This document shows, piece after piece, positions 1-11,061 of a DNA stretch of 64,000 bases. Location of the stretch: contig NC_045697.1 in assembly GCF_009834535.1 (NCBI RefSeq), forward strand, positions 91,948,001-92,012,000, read 5' to 3'. This DNA comes from Camelus ferus. Lineage: Eukaryota. The number at the start of each line of letters is the position of its first letter. The first letter of the stretch is position 1. Position numbers and translations under genes: made by a program. The notes below the pieces were generated by a model. It saw nothing but the letters and a program-made list of their open reading frames with translations. It searched no databases and was not told where the DNA came from.

Positions 1-1399
1 GTGTGCTTGCAGTGCTGACTATTTAAGTTGAAAAATTATGTTTCCAAAACATGCAAGGCAGTTTAACAGAAAAGAAAAACTTAGAAAAGATTTACCACCA
101 ATTTAGACTCCAAGTGTATCTTGGGAAAAAAAAATGTCTGTTAGACCAAATTTTTATTGGACATGAGAGCTGATGAACTTACGTCTGTAGCTAGGATGTT
201 AAAATTAGAAAAATTGAAGCCAATTTGCTTTGATGTCTTTGAAGGGATAAATCTGATAAAAGCCTTTTAGCAAAGAATATTCTTTGACAAAGAGCATTTA
301 GCTTGTGCAGTTTTATAATTACTGGTGAAAATTAGGAGAAAAGGAAGACAGTAGTATACTGATCAGACTTTATTCTGGCTCTGTGGTCCCCAGACTCTCC
401 TGGATGAGATTGCTTATGAAAACTTACATTCGCCCTGGTGAATCTGCTATTACAGCAACTGAACACAAGCCTCAGGCACTCTGTTAACTAAACTGAAGAA
501 ATGCCACTGTAATTCCAACTGTAATCACTGGAATATGGAGCAAAATGAACTGCGGCTGATTCAAGATGAGCCATAAGAAAAAGCAATTTATGCAGAGCTA
601 GAGGCCTGCTGTGGTTTTGTGTGTTTGCATGTTCACACGTATAGTGGAGGAGGCTATCTCTAGTCCCATCTCATGAAAATAGAATGAGGTTCTGAAATCA
701 GGGTCTGTCAGCCACATCCCTGTCCAACACAAACCAACAAGTCAGCCTCAGGACCAGCTTGCTAAGTGATTTTATGCTTTCGTTTGTTCTTTTTGTTTTT
801 AACCACAAAGAATATGCATTATTCTAAAAAAGAAGATATGGAGAGGTGGTTTTACCTATTATGCTGATACCCTTTATATACCTGACAACCAGTTTTGCCT
901 AGCAAGTCACTTATGCATTTAGTAAAAGCTTGGCATTTGGAAAGATCCTCCTCCTATTTACTTAATATTTTTGTGCTATTCTTTCTCCTCACTGGACAAA
1001 CACACACCTGTAATGACCTCCAAGCTTAAATATATATGTTGGGAAAGTGGAGAAAGGGTATACTCGAGGGATTATAAGTATTGCTAGCCTAGAAGTTCAT
1101 AAAACTCTTGATATTTGACATTGTTTATAAATAGATAAGAGAATGTGGCAATAGCATGGAAGAGTGCTGGTTGTGAACAGCAAGCATATCTATTATCAAA
1201 TCATTTAAAAAGCTATGTCAGGTTTGAGATCCTCTCTGTGACCTTTCCATAGTCTGTGATGTTCACTTGGATTCTTCTTAGAATTCATTTGAAATTTAGC
1301 AACTTGGCCCAAGTGCCTCTGCCTCTGATGAATGAAGAATGTAGTGATGACAATACAGAAAATTCTTAAAAACTCTGTGAAATGGAAAGTTTCTCCCAC

Positions 1400-1577
1400 T
1401 ATATGATCTTTAAAAAATCAAATAGGATTAATGTCATCTTGCTTAAATGCTTCAATTCTCTTTAAATAAACTTCAAATTCTTTACTATATCCTACAAAAT
1501 CAGATGCTTGCTCTGGTCATTAACCTCACCTTCTCTGGATTTACTTCTCACATGTTATCTTTCAGAGGCAAGGCCTT
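1400..1577 (+). mobile_element. L2 LINE fragment (upstream part, split by the MLT1A-type element)
   Basis: Degenerate L2 3'-region-like text ending AAGGCCTTTGCA; L2-like sequence resumes after 3779. Confidence 0.5.
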
Positions 1578-3779
1578 TGCATTAATCATCTTGTACTGTC
1601 AAGACAAAATACCATAGTCTGGGTAACTTAAACAACAGGCATATGTTTTCCTTACAGGTCTGGAGACTGAAGGTATGAGATCAGGATGACCCACATGCTC
1701 AGGTTTTGGTGAAAGCTCTCTTCCTGGCTTGCAGATGGCCACCCGGAGGAAAAAACAGATCTTTTTTTTTTTTCCTCTTTTTATAAGGCCACAGTCTTAC
1801 AGGACTAAGGCCCCACTCTTATGAACTAATTTAATCTGAATTACTTCCCAGAGACCCTATATCCAGATACAATCACATTGGGGGTTAGGGCTTCAAAATA
1901 TGAATCATAGAGGGATACAGTTCCATCCATAGCATTCCACACTGGCCCCCCCCAAATCCATGTCCTTATCACATGCAACATGTATCCATTCCATCCCAAC
2001 AGCCCCCAAAGTCTTAGCTCAATCCAGAATCAACTCTAAAATGTAAAGTCCAAAGTCTATCTAAATATCACCCAAATCATATAAGGGTGGTATTAAAGTT
2101 ATGATTCACCCTGAGGCAAAATTCCTTACAGCTACACACTTATGAAATCAGACAATTTATATGCTTAAAGTATACAATGATTAGTCATGCATAGAGTAGA
2201 ATTCTCATTCCACAAAGGAAAAATTGGAAAGAAGAAAGAAGTTACAGAACCCAAAAGTCCAAAACCTAGCAAGACCAAATTCTTTTAGGGCTTAAGCCTT
2301 GAGTCTAATCCTCTTTGGTTTGAATGTTAATCCTCTTTGGTTTCAACGTTAACCCTCCAGGCCCACTGGGGATGGCAGCATCAGCTCCCTGGCTCTGCAG
2401 GGTGGCCCTCCCTACTGCTTCAGCTCTCTGCAAGGGCTTCTGCCTCTTTGTTCTCTGAGAAGCCCCCATCCCTTTAGCTCTCTGCCAGGACCCTGTCCAC
2501 ACAGCTCTCTGCAAGGGCAGACCCACCCTTGAGGCACTAGGCAAAGTCATCTTGGTTTTCTGGAAACCTGAGATGTGGTCTGACCCTTTGAAATCGAGAA
2601 GAAAGAAACAGCCTTGTGCCCTGAGCCTGTGGTGGGGGTGGCAGCCCTGATGATCTCTGAATTGCCTTGAAGAATCTTTTTTCACTTTCCTTGAAGAATA
2701 GCACATGTTTATAGTTGAAAAGCTCTATAGTCTAGTCCTGCAGAATCCAAGAAGTCCAATAGCCTTCCTTCATCTTATCCTACTTTCTCCATTCCCTTTT
2801 GTTTAAACTGACAGTGTCTTTCCTTGTATAATCCCATTACTATACCTGGTTTCTGCTATGATGATTGATTATTCCACGAGTTGCATTCATGATCTCCTTA
2901 TCAAATGGTTGTTCAGCCACACTTAGTGTTCTCTTTCAAGCAAGCCTTCTATTTTCTTTTTCTTTTTTGTAATTTAGATAGGCTAAGAATTTTCTAAGTC
3001 TTCACATTCTGGTTCCCTTTTGCTTAACAATTCTTTCTTCAATTCATCTCTCTCCTTTTGCATTTTACTCTAATCAGTCAGGAGGAATCAAGCCACTCCT
3101 TTAATACTTTGGTTAGAAATCTGCTCAGTTAAATATCCAGTTCCATTGCTCACAAGTTCGATCTTATACAAAACATTAGAACAGTTCAATCAAAGTCTTT
3201 GCCACTTTGTAACAAGGATTGCCTTTCGTCCAGTTTTCAATAACATGTTCCTCATATTTATCTGGGATCTCACAAGAATCACCTTAAACATTCATATATC
3301 TAGCACTCATCTCAAAACTCTTCCAGTCTTTACCCTACTACCCAGTTCCAAAGCTACTTCCACATATTTAGGTGTTTACCATGGCAGCATACCGCTTCTT
3401 GGTATCCAAATCTATCTTAATCAGCTAGGGCTGCCATTTCAAGATATAATATACTAGATGGCCTAAACAACAGACATTTATTTTCACACAGTTCTGGAGG
3501 CTGAAAGTCTGAGATCAGGGTGCTTGCATGGTCAGGATCTAGTGAGAGTCCTCTTCCTGGCTTGCATGTAGCCTTCTTGCTATGTCCTCATATGGCAGAG
3601 AGACATCTCTTTCTGTTTCTCTTCTTTTAAGGCCACCAGTCCTACTGGATTAGAGCCGTACCCATATGACCTTATTTAACCTTAATTACATCTGAAAGAC
3701 CATATTTCCAGATCCAATCACTTTGGGAGTGACAGCTTTAACATATACATTTTGGGAGGACACAGTTCTGTCTGTAGCA
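1578..3779 (-). mobile_element. Full-structure MaLR element (MLT1A-like): LTR ~1578-1934, internal region ~1935-3412, LTR ~3413-3779
   Basis: Two homologous direct-repeat LTRs share AAACAACAG, CTGGAG..CTGAA, GAGATCAGG, CTCTTCCTGGCTTGCA, TAAGGCCAC, CCAGAT.CAATCAC and a terminal TAGCA; they flank ~1.5 kb of MLT-int-like sequence. Confidence 0.85.
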
Positions 3780-4165
3780 GCTCTCTTTAAGTTCTCCACT
3801 TTGGGATCTTGGCATCGACTCTTTTTTTTTCCTGCCTGGAACACTGCTTTTCCCAGTGCTTTGCACAGCTGAGTCCTCATTGTTCTGAGTTTATGCGTCT
3901 TTCTCCTCTTATGAGAATTTATCCTTGATCCCTTCAGTCAAAGGGAGTTGCCTGCGACCCATTAGTCATTTTCTGTGAACTCACTACATCTGTTTCTATC
4001 AGAGAACCATCATGATTAGAATTTGGTTCCTGTTCACTTCATTTTTAGTTTTCTCTTTCCCCCATTATGAGGACAGAAACTTTATTTCATTCACTATGTA
4101 TGCTTGGCAGAGTGCTTGGCATATAGTCAGCTTTAACAAATTTTTATTGAATTTATCAATGAATA
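3780..4165 (+). mobile_element. L2 LINE 3' end
   Basis: CCTGCCTGGAACAC...AGAGTGCTTGGCATATAGT...TTATTGAATTTATCAATGAAT is a typical L2 terminus. Confidence 0.7.
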
Positions 4166-4584
4166 ATTAATAAAACTTGAGTACATATTTTACCTGGAAG
4201 TCATGTTAGAGTAATTTTTTAATAGAACCTATTGGATTCCGTCTTCCTGGGTGCTAATAGTCTTTCTGCTAGAGTGAGTCACCTCTGGAAGAAAGTGAAT
4301 AGATACCATAGGTGCCAGAGTGGGAGGATGCCTAGACTCCTTCAGATCTGGCTTTGCTTTATCACTGCGCAAAGTGCAAAAATGTATTTAACCTCTTTTA
4401 ATTATATAATTGCTCTAGTCAAATTTAGTTTGCAGTTCAAGATTATTAGGATACCTGTCTAATGTACTTAACTTCCTAACAGTAGATGGTCTACTAGAAA
4501 TTTGATACAGGGATAATGGCTATCCATCTTGGCTCTTGATTTACTGTTTCAAAATTGCTAACTAAAGAGTTTTCATCCATAAAG

Positions 4585-5075
4585 ATGTGTTCAGTTTCAA
4601 GTAACAGAAAATCCAAGAAACAGTGCCTTAAGCCATAAAACTTTGTTATTTACATAATAAGAAATGCAGAAGCAGGAAATCAAGATTGGCCTCATGGTTT
4701 AATAACTGAATCATGAACAAGCTCTTTATATCCTTCTGCTTCACCTGGTTTAACGTGTTGGCTTTTTATTTTCATGTTTGTTACTGTTGGGTCACAAGAT
4801 GGCTGACACAGCTTCTGGAATCACACCTATGTTTAAGGGAAGAAGAAAGAGATGACACCAGTAGTTTTATTCTTACATCTGTCCTCCAGATAAAGTGAGG
4901 ATAAAAAAGCCTTCACCAAAATTTCACAAAAGATTTTTACTTCATTGACTGGACTGAGTCACATGACTGTTTTTAGTTGCAAAGAAACCTGAAAAAGAAA
5001 GTAGAATATGAAAAAAATAAGATGTACCCTGACAGGCTTAAACAAAGAATGCTTTAATTCCTGGGCTATGGGAGA
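4585..5075 (-). mobile_element. Old MaLR LTR (MLT1K/L-like)
   Basis: CAAGTAACAGAAAATCCAAG..CAGTGCCTTAA, GGTCACAAGATGGCTG and CATTGACTGGACTGAGTCACATGAC motifs. Confidence 0.6.
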
Positions 5076-5079
5076 AGAC

Positions 5080-5594
5080 TGTCCTAGTGGGTATGAGATG
5101 GTATTTCATTGTGGTTTTGATTTGCATGTTCCTAATCATTATTGATGTTAAACATCTTTTCATGTGTTTATTTGCCATCTATGTATCTTCTTTGGAGAAA
5201 TATCTTTTCAAATCCTTCGCCCATATTTTAATCGAGTTTTTTTTTTTTTGTAGTTATGTTGTAAGAATTCTTTATATATTCTACATATTAACCAATAACC
5301 AGATACATGATTAGCAAATATTTTCTCTCATTCTTTGAGTTCCCTTTTTGCTCTATTGATTGTGTTCTTTGATGCACATTTTCATGTTTGATGTTATCCA
5401 ATTTATCTAAGTTTTTATTTTGTTGCCTGTTCTTTCAATGTCATATCTAAAATCATTGCCAAAGCCAATATCATGAAGCTTTTCTCCTATGTTTCCTTCT
5501 AAGAGTGTCATAGATTTAGCTCTTACATGTCATTTGAGTTAATTTTTGTATATGGCATAATGTAAAGGTCCAACTTCAGTCTTTTGCTTGTGGG
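5080..5594 (-). mobile_element. L1 ORF2 3'-region fragment
   Basis: GGTATTTCATTGTGGTTTTGATTTGCAT...TCTTTGGAGAAATATCT is antisense L1 ORF2; ORF 5087-5314 is the usual antisense-L1 pseudo-ORF. Confidence 0.85.
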
Positions 5595-5597
5595 CTT

Positions 5598-6475
5598 GAA
5601 TACACATCTTTTTCATACCTGGTGAATGAAGTAGAAAGTGTACAAACATATATATGTAGCATCTTTTTTACTGTATATTGTAATATGGTGGTTGTCTTCA
5701 CAGTTGTGTGATTGAGTTATAAGTTGAACTAACCACTTTTTTATGGAATATGATTTTTATTTGAAAGAATGACTGACAGTAAAATTTTCATTATTTAGAC
5801 TAAAGTATTGGCAAAGATTTTCCTGAAAATAAATGAAGTGATCTTGCTACGTGAATGTAAACAACTATAGCAACAATTTCTTGCCAATGAGAAAATTCAA
5901 ACTTTGACATAAGAATTAGAACTTTTGGAAAATTTAATTATCTGTCATCCATGAATGTGACAGCTTTCCAGCTTGGCTTTTCTGTCAAGATTACTAGTGA
6001 TATTCACAAATGTGGTTTTTGATATTTTATAATAAAATATGCAATACTTGAAAGATCTCCTTAACTCAATAAAGCAATATTTTTCAAGTGACCAACATTT
6101 AAATGGTATTACAAAAATCATACATGATTAAGAACTCATTTAAAGTTCATGTTAGACCAATGGATTTTAATGAAACACACTACAAAAATTCATTGAGAAA
6201 GGTTCAGATTCCACATTTCAGCTAATCTTTAAGAACTAACATTTATTGAGTTTTAGTGTAGTATCAAAGTAGAATATCTGTGAGTATCTGAAAAGACTAT
6301 CAAAATATTTCTACCATTTATAACTACGTATCTGTGTGAGGCTAGATTTTCATTACATTCTTAAAGCATAATAACATATTACAACAGATTGAAAGCAGAA
6401 GCAAAAATGAGAATATAGCCATCTAGATTTGAGGAAATTGAAACAATAACATTAGAGTACCAATGCTTTTATGCC
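5598..6475 (+). mobile_element. hAT-Charlie (Charlie1-like) transposase remnant
   Basis: GTGATTGAGTTATAAGTTGAACTAACCAC...TTTTATTTGAAAGAATGACTGACAG...TGTGAGGCTAGATTTTC resembles Charlie1 transposase coding sequence; no intact ORF. Confidence 0.75.
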
Positions 6476-6569
6476 CTCTTAGCGAACAGAGATAGGAAAC
6501 ATATATATGTATGTAACACTCTTTTGTGTTTCTGACCAGTATACATCTATAATATTTCTGTATGTACCA

Positions 6570-6909
6570 GTGCAATTGTTTGAATGTGTTCTTCTCAAAT
6601 TCACATGTTGGAATCCTAACATCCAGTGTGATGGTGTAAAAAAGAGGGGCTTTTGAGAAGTGATTAGGTCCTAGGGGAGGAGAGTTCATGAATGAGATTA
6701 TGACTCTTACATAGGAGATGGTACAGAGCTCCCTAGTCCTTCTACCATATGAGAATATGAGAAGTCTGCAACCCAGCAGAGAGCCCTTGTCTGACCATGG
6801 TGGAAGGGCTAATCTCAAACATCCAGCCCCTAGAACTGTGAGAAATAAATTTCTGTTGCTTATTAGAAACCCAGTCTTTTGTTATAGTATACCCAAATGG
6901 ACTAAGACA
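6570..6909 (+). mobile_element. MaLR solo LTR (MLT1A-like)
   Basis: TG...TTGAATGTGTTC..CAAATTCACATGTTGGAATCCTAAC...AGAACTGTGAGAAATAAATTTCTGTTG...GGACTAAGACA. Confidence 0.85.
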
Positions 6910-7149
6910 ATCTGTAATATATGTATATTATAAAATCATGAGTCTATACCAATACTTATTATTCTATTCCAGTACCTCAGAGCGCTTTCCAGACTTCCCT
7001 CTTTCCATGTTTACAAATCTTTTCTGCTGTTGAGAACATCGACTCCCTTTATTCTCAATATTTTACTTATTTGCTCAGTGTAACCTATCTCTCAACCACA
7101 CTGACTATGTTTTCACTATAACCTTGCCTACTGTGCAAGTTCAGTGGTT

Positions 7150-7420
7150 CCCTCTTAAAGAGTTTTTCCTTTGGTGAGAGAAATAGGCAATAAACAAAGA
7201 AATTATAGTTTCAGATATTGCAGTAGGGTAATATAAAACAAGGGAATGTAATAAAAAGTTAGAGGCATTAAATAGGTGATTAGGGAAGCTGTTTCTGGGG
7301 GATGACTTTGGCCTAGAACCTGAGTTTTGAGAAGGAGCCAGCCTCATGAATACTGGGGGTCCTGTCAGTGGGGAAGTGTGAAATCAGCAAAAAGACTGAG
7401 GCAGAAAAGAGTTTAATGGG
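7150..7420 (-). mobile_element. L2 fragment
   Basis: Purine-rich antisense L2-like text (GGTGATTAGGGAAG..., GAAGGAGCCAGCC.CATGAA). Confidence 0.55.
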
Positions 7421-7587
7421 TATATCAGTTAGGAATGCCTAATCTACAAGTAACAGAAAACTTGACTAAGTAGTTTAGTCAAACCTAGGTTTGCTTTTCA
7501 AGGTAACACAAAGTTTGGAGTAGACTAATTTTAGCAATGATTTGGTTGCTTAATATTATTAGGACTGAGTCTCTGGGGTTCTCTTGA

Positions 7588-8004
7588 GTAGTGGTATGCT
7601 GGAGCAGTTTAAAAGAGCCAATTGTTAAATTTTTAGGAATTAGTGAGATGGTTGTGAAATAGCAATTATTAAAAATTTTGTGAACAATGACATTATTTTC
7701 AAAAGGTAATAAATACTCCAAAATTCATCACTTCCTAATTATTTTACTATATTTATTATCAATGCACATAAGGTTATTTATATCTATCGTTAACTGTGTG
7801 GTGAAAGTACTATATAATGGTGAGTTTATTGCACCTATTTTCTTAAGTTGGTGTTAGATGATATCACACTGTGGCCTTTAAATAGAGTGTGATGGAGGTA
7901 TTTACGCCAAGGAAATCAGCCAATGCTGTATGTAAGAATTCCCCCGCACTCCCACCTCCTGCAGAAAAAACAACCGAATGTTAAATATTTAATAACACAG
8001 GATT
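7588..8004. mobile_element. hAT-Tip100-type non-autonomous DNA transposon (MER97/ORSL-like)
   Basis: TAGTGGTATGCTGGAGC...AGAGCCAATTGTTAAATTTTTAGGAATT start and ...GTTAAATATTTAATAACACAGGATTG end resemble CAGTGGTGTGCTGG-type termini. Confidence 0.55.
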
Positions 8005-8899
8005 GCTTTTGAGGCTTTTTCTTTAAGGTAGCAAAATGTCCGTTGCAGCTCCAGTTCTGAATTCCAAAAGGTCAAAGAAAAGGTGAGAGGTTGGGTGGGG
8101 ATGGAATGAAAGAGAAATGGTGGGGGACATGTGACTCCTGAAAAGCAAAAGTAAAAATGCCACAGGCCACCTCTAGCTGATGGTGTTTGGGAATCAGGCT
8201 GAAAGTGAGGGTTGGCTAGGCTATTCAGGGACTGCCCCAGTGTTTGAGGGATGCAGAGGACTTTAAAGCATAGGAAATAAGGAAATAATGGTAGAATAAT
8301 GCAGATGGAGAGGTAAAATAAGCATGATTAGAGACTAGATGGTGTTTTGTAACCTACCCTCCCACTTAATTCATGACAGATCTTTCTACGTTGTTAATTA
8401 ATCCTCTACAACACAATTTCTAAGACTACAGAGTATTCCATTATTGAATTCTTCCCCCAAAGGAAATTCAATTGATGACTTTAAATATCTTAATATTATT
8501 AGTGTACGGTGTTTACTCTTCATGGCCAATACCCCAGACCACCTTTGCTTGTGTGTCATGGGACAAAGAAAGGGACAGGAGATAATCTGGTTAAATGCAG
8601 GAATTGGAAATATTGTCAGGGGAAAAATGCTATTTTCAGGTTTTGATTATGGTATTCACTTGGTGAAATATAAGGAGAAAAATTAGGAAATAAAAGACAA
8701 TTTTGACACCTTAGCCTTAAGCTGCTGCATTAAAATAAAGGGAAAGTAATGTTCATATATCAAGGGAAATAGGTTACAAGCTGAAGCATGAAAACCTCTT
8801 CACACAATCAAATGTACTGCTGAAAAGGAATTAATGGTATTCTACTTATTTTCATTGAAATAAGGTTAGAGACTCCAGCTCTGGTAAAAATTTAGCAAC

Positions 8900-9240
8900 T
8901 GAAGGACCAATTGAATTAATTGAACTTTCCTGGGAAGGAGAATTCTAGTTATTGCTTTTCTGTTTTTCCAAACTTGTTGCTATTAGATTACAACAGGCAC
9001 TTACAGCCTATGAAAGCACTGGCGGTGGCACCCGGTCTCCCCAGGCTGCTCAGTTCCTGCACGAACTTCCTGTGAGGAAAGGTCTCTGATTTAGCTGCCT
9101 TCAAACGCTGGAGACGCCATCCATTTTAGAGCTTTTAGTTTCCGAATAAAAAATGAAAATAAAAAAAGATTTAAACATGGAAAATATGCGGCCTTTTTGT
9201 TTCAGAATACATTTTTTCCCCTTTCCTGTAAGACTGGTTT
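8900..9240. promoter_or_regulatory. Candidate promoter/enhancer
   Basis: 7 CpGs in 9021-9190 within a CpG-depleted background; ETS core ACTTCCTG (~9065), STAT-type TTCCTGGGAA (~8926), YY1-like CGCCAT (~9115); no repeat recognised. Confidence 0.4.
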
Positions 9241-9613
9241 GAGAATTGAGTGCTGTCAAACCTGTCAGGGAAGGAAAGATAATTTCTAGCTGAAGAGGAG
9301 ACTGATTTTAAATGCAAACCAGGGGAATAATGGGGCATCAAAAGTCAAAATTAAGGGAAATATTGCTAATCTCTGCATTGAGGAACAGTGCAATTTAAAT
9401 TAAGAAATCAGGTTTTTTCCTCTCTTTCAATGAAATGTCAAAGTAGGGCAGGCTCTTCAAATCTGACAAAAAAAAAAAAAAGTGCTGGAGTTGAGATTTT
9501 CTCCCCTGTTGTCACCAACAAGTAGTCTGAAATAAACACTCTATTTTAAAAAGAAATTTGACTGATGGCTCCTGTTTGCCTTTCAAATTATCATTCATTT
9601 TTATTTCCTGTAG

Positions 9614-9784
9614 TTCAGCATTTTCATTCAGAGAGCTACATTTCTGGTCAGAAAGGGAAACTTAAAGTGGAATCAGATAGTAAAAGAAGATAGAGAAAGT
9701 TCTCCTGTACATATCATTCCAAATACCAGAATTACAGATGATGTGTTAACCTGTGACACGCTGTTCTGTTCTTACATTTTTTCG
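9614..9784 (+). other. Candidate exon, 171 nt; host gene unknown
   Basis: Acceptor TTCATTTTTATTTCCTGTAG| and donor TCG|GTAAGT; frame 0 is open (FSIFIQRAT...CSYIFS) but matches no protein I recognise. Confidence 0.35.
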
Positions 9785-9979
9785 GTAAGTCAGGAATTCT
9801 AAGAATAATAAAAGTGTGAAAAGCATAGATATTGTTTCCTGAGAGAGCCTCTGTCTATCTAGTTGTACTCCAGAGAACACAAGGAACCTCAGAAGCTGCT
9901 GCCTTTTTGAAAGGCATCTTGACATTTCTAAAAGGAAAAGATTGGCTACACTTTTTGTTCTTTACATGACTTCTCCAAA

Positions 9980-10165
9980 TAATTTATTGCATGCTTTAAT
10001 GTGTCTGTTATTCTTTCAAGCTCTGTATTAGTATTGTCTTGTTTAATCTTTGCAATAACTTTATGAGATAGTGATATCTCCTTTTTATAGATGAGAAATT
10101 GGGTCTTGAAGAGATTTTGTGATGCTGCACAGCCAATAAGCAGTGGAATTACAGAAAAGCCCATT
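9980..10165 (-). mobile_element. MIR SINE
   Basis: TTTAATCTTTGCAATAACTTTATGAGATAG...TTTTATAGATGAGAAATTGGG antisense MIR core. Confidence 0.7.
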
Positions 10166-11039
10166 CTCTTAATCGTTAACAATTAATTGTTTCCCAACAC
10201 AAAGCATATGGCAAAACGAGAGCAAAAAGACAGTCGTACTACAACAAATAGAATATACTTTACTCTCACCATCTGGGACCTTTGTTCGTAGAGAGTCAGA
10301 GGTAGGGATGAGTGGAGCCAGGTAGCTGTGCTATGGGTTTGTGTGTTCTTACCAGTGGCAAACTACAGAAGATGATGCAGGAAGGAAAACAAGGAGGAAA
10401 ACCAGGAAAAATAATGAACTACCTGGATTTTAATGGTGATAAGCATTTGGAAACTACCTATAGGAAATTTTCAAAATGCCTGTATCCTGGAGGGAACGAT
10501 GACTGAGTAGGTATCATCTGTGGATGCTGGTATCTTAAAATTTCAAAGCCACTCATCAGTCATTTCTAGATTCCAAAAACCCTACAAATCCTTCTGTTAA
10601 GAAGTGAGATGACGCCAGCTGGTTTGGATTTACTATAACCTTGGAGATTGTATTTTGAACTGGTTTAATCAGAGTCAAACATAACCTGTATTCTTAATGA
10701 AGTTTTGTGTGCTAAAATATAGTCATGGAAGTAACTCCTTAAATTCTAAGACAGACTAGAGACCAGTGACTTTTCAGATTAGGAGAAAGGGCCATAAAGG
10801 CTAATTAGGAGAGGGTCATCTGAGGAAAAAGCAGGCGAATTGAAAGTTCTGATCTGACTTTGGATCATTACTGTGAAAGTAGATGAGGTAATTTTTTGGG
10901 AAATATCCTCAGGTGGTATATTGATCAGGCTTTTGACAACATCCTACTGCAAAATACTGACATGTTTAATTTTTTTGAATTGTCTAAGTTTTAAAATATT
11001 TAGTCTACTTCTTACATTTATGTATGTATTTCCTCACAG

Positions 11040-11061
11040 GAACTGAAAGTTCTTTACTAAT
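11040..11061 (+). other. Candidate 22-nt microexon
   Basis: TATTTCCTCACAG|GAACTGAAAGTTCTTTACTAAT|GTAAGT: good acceptor and intronic-consensus donor 22 nt apart. Confidence 0.4.

Noticed and set aside
422..600. Possible minus-strand coding exon ending at a GTAAGT donor (ACTTAC at 422-427)
   Set aside because: Stops in all three frames and no clear acceptor
2306..2350. 22-bp-period direct repeat TAATCCTCTTTGGTTT
   Set aside because: Small local duplication inside the MaLR internal sequence with no sign of function
2305..2706. 133-aa minus-strand ORF
   Set aside because: Lies within the MaLR internal region; a degenerate retroelement remnant
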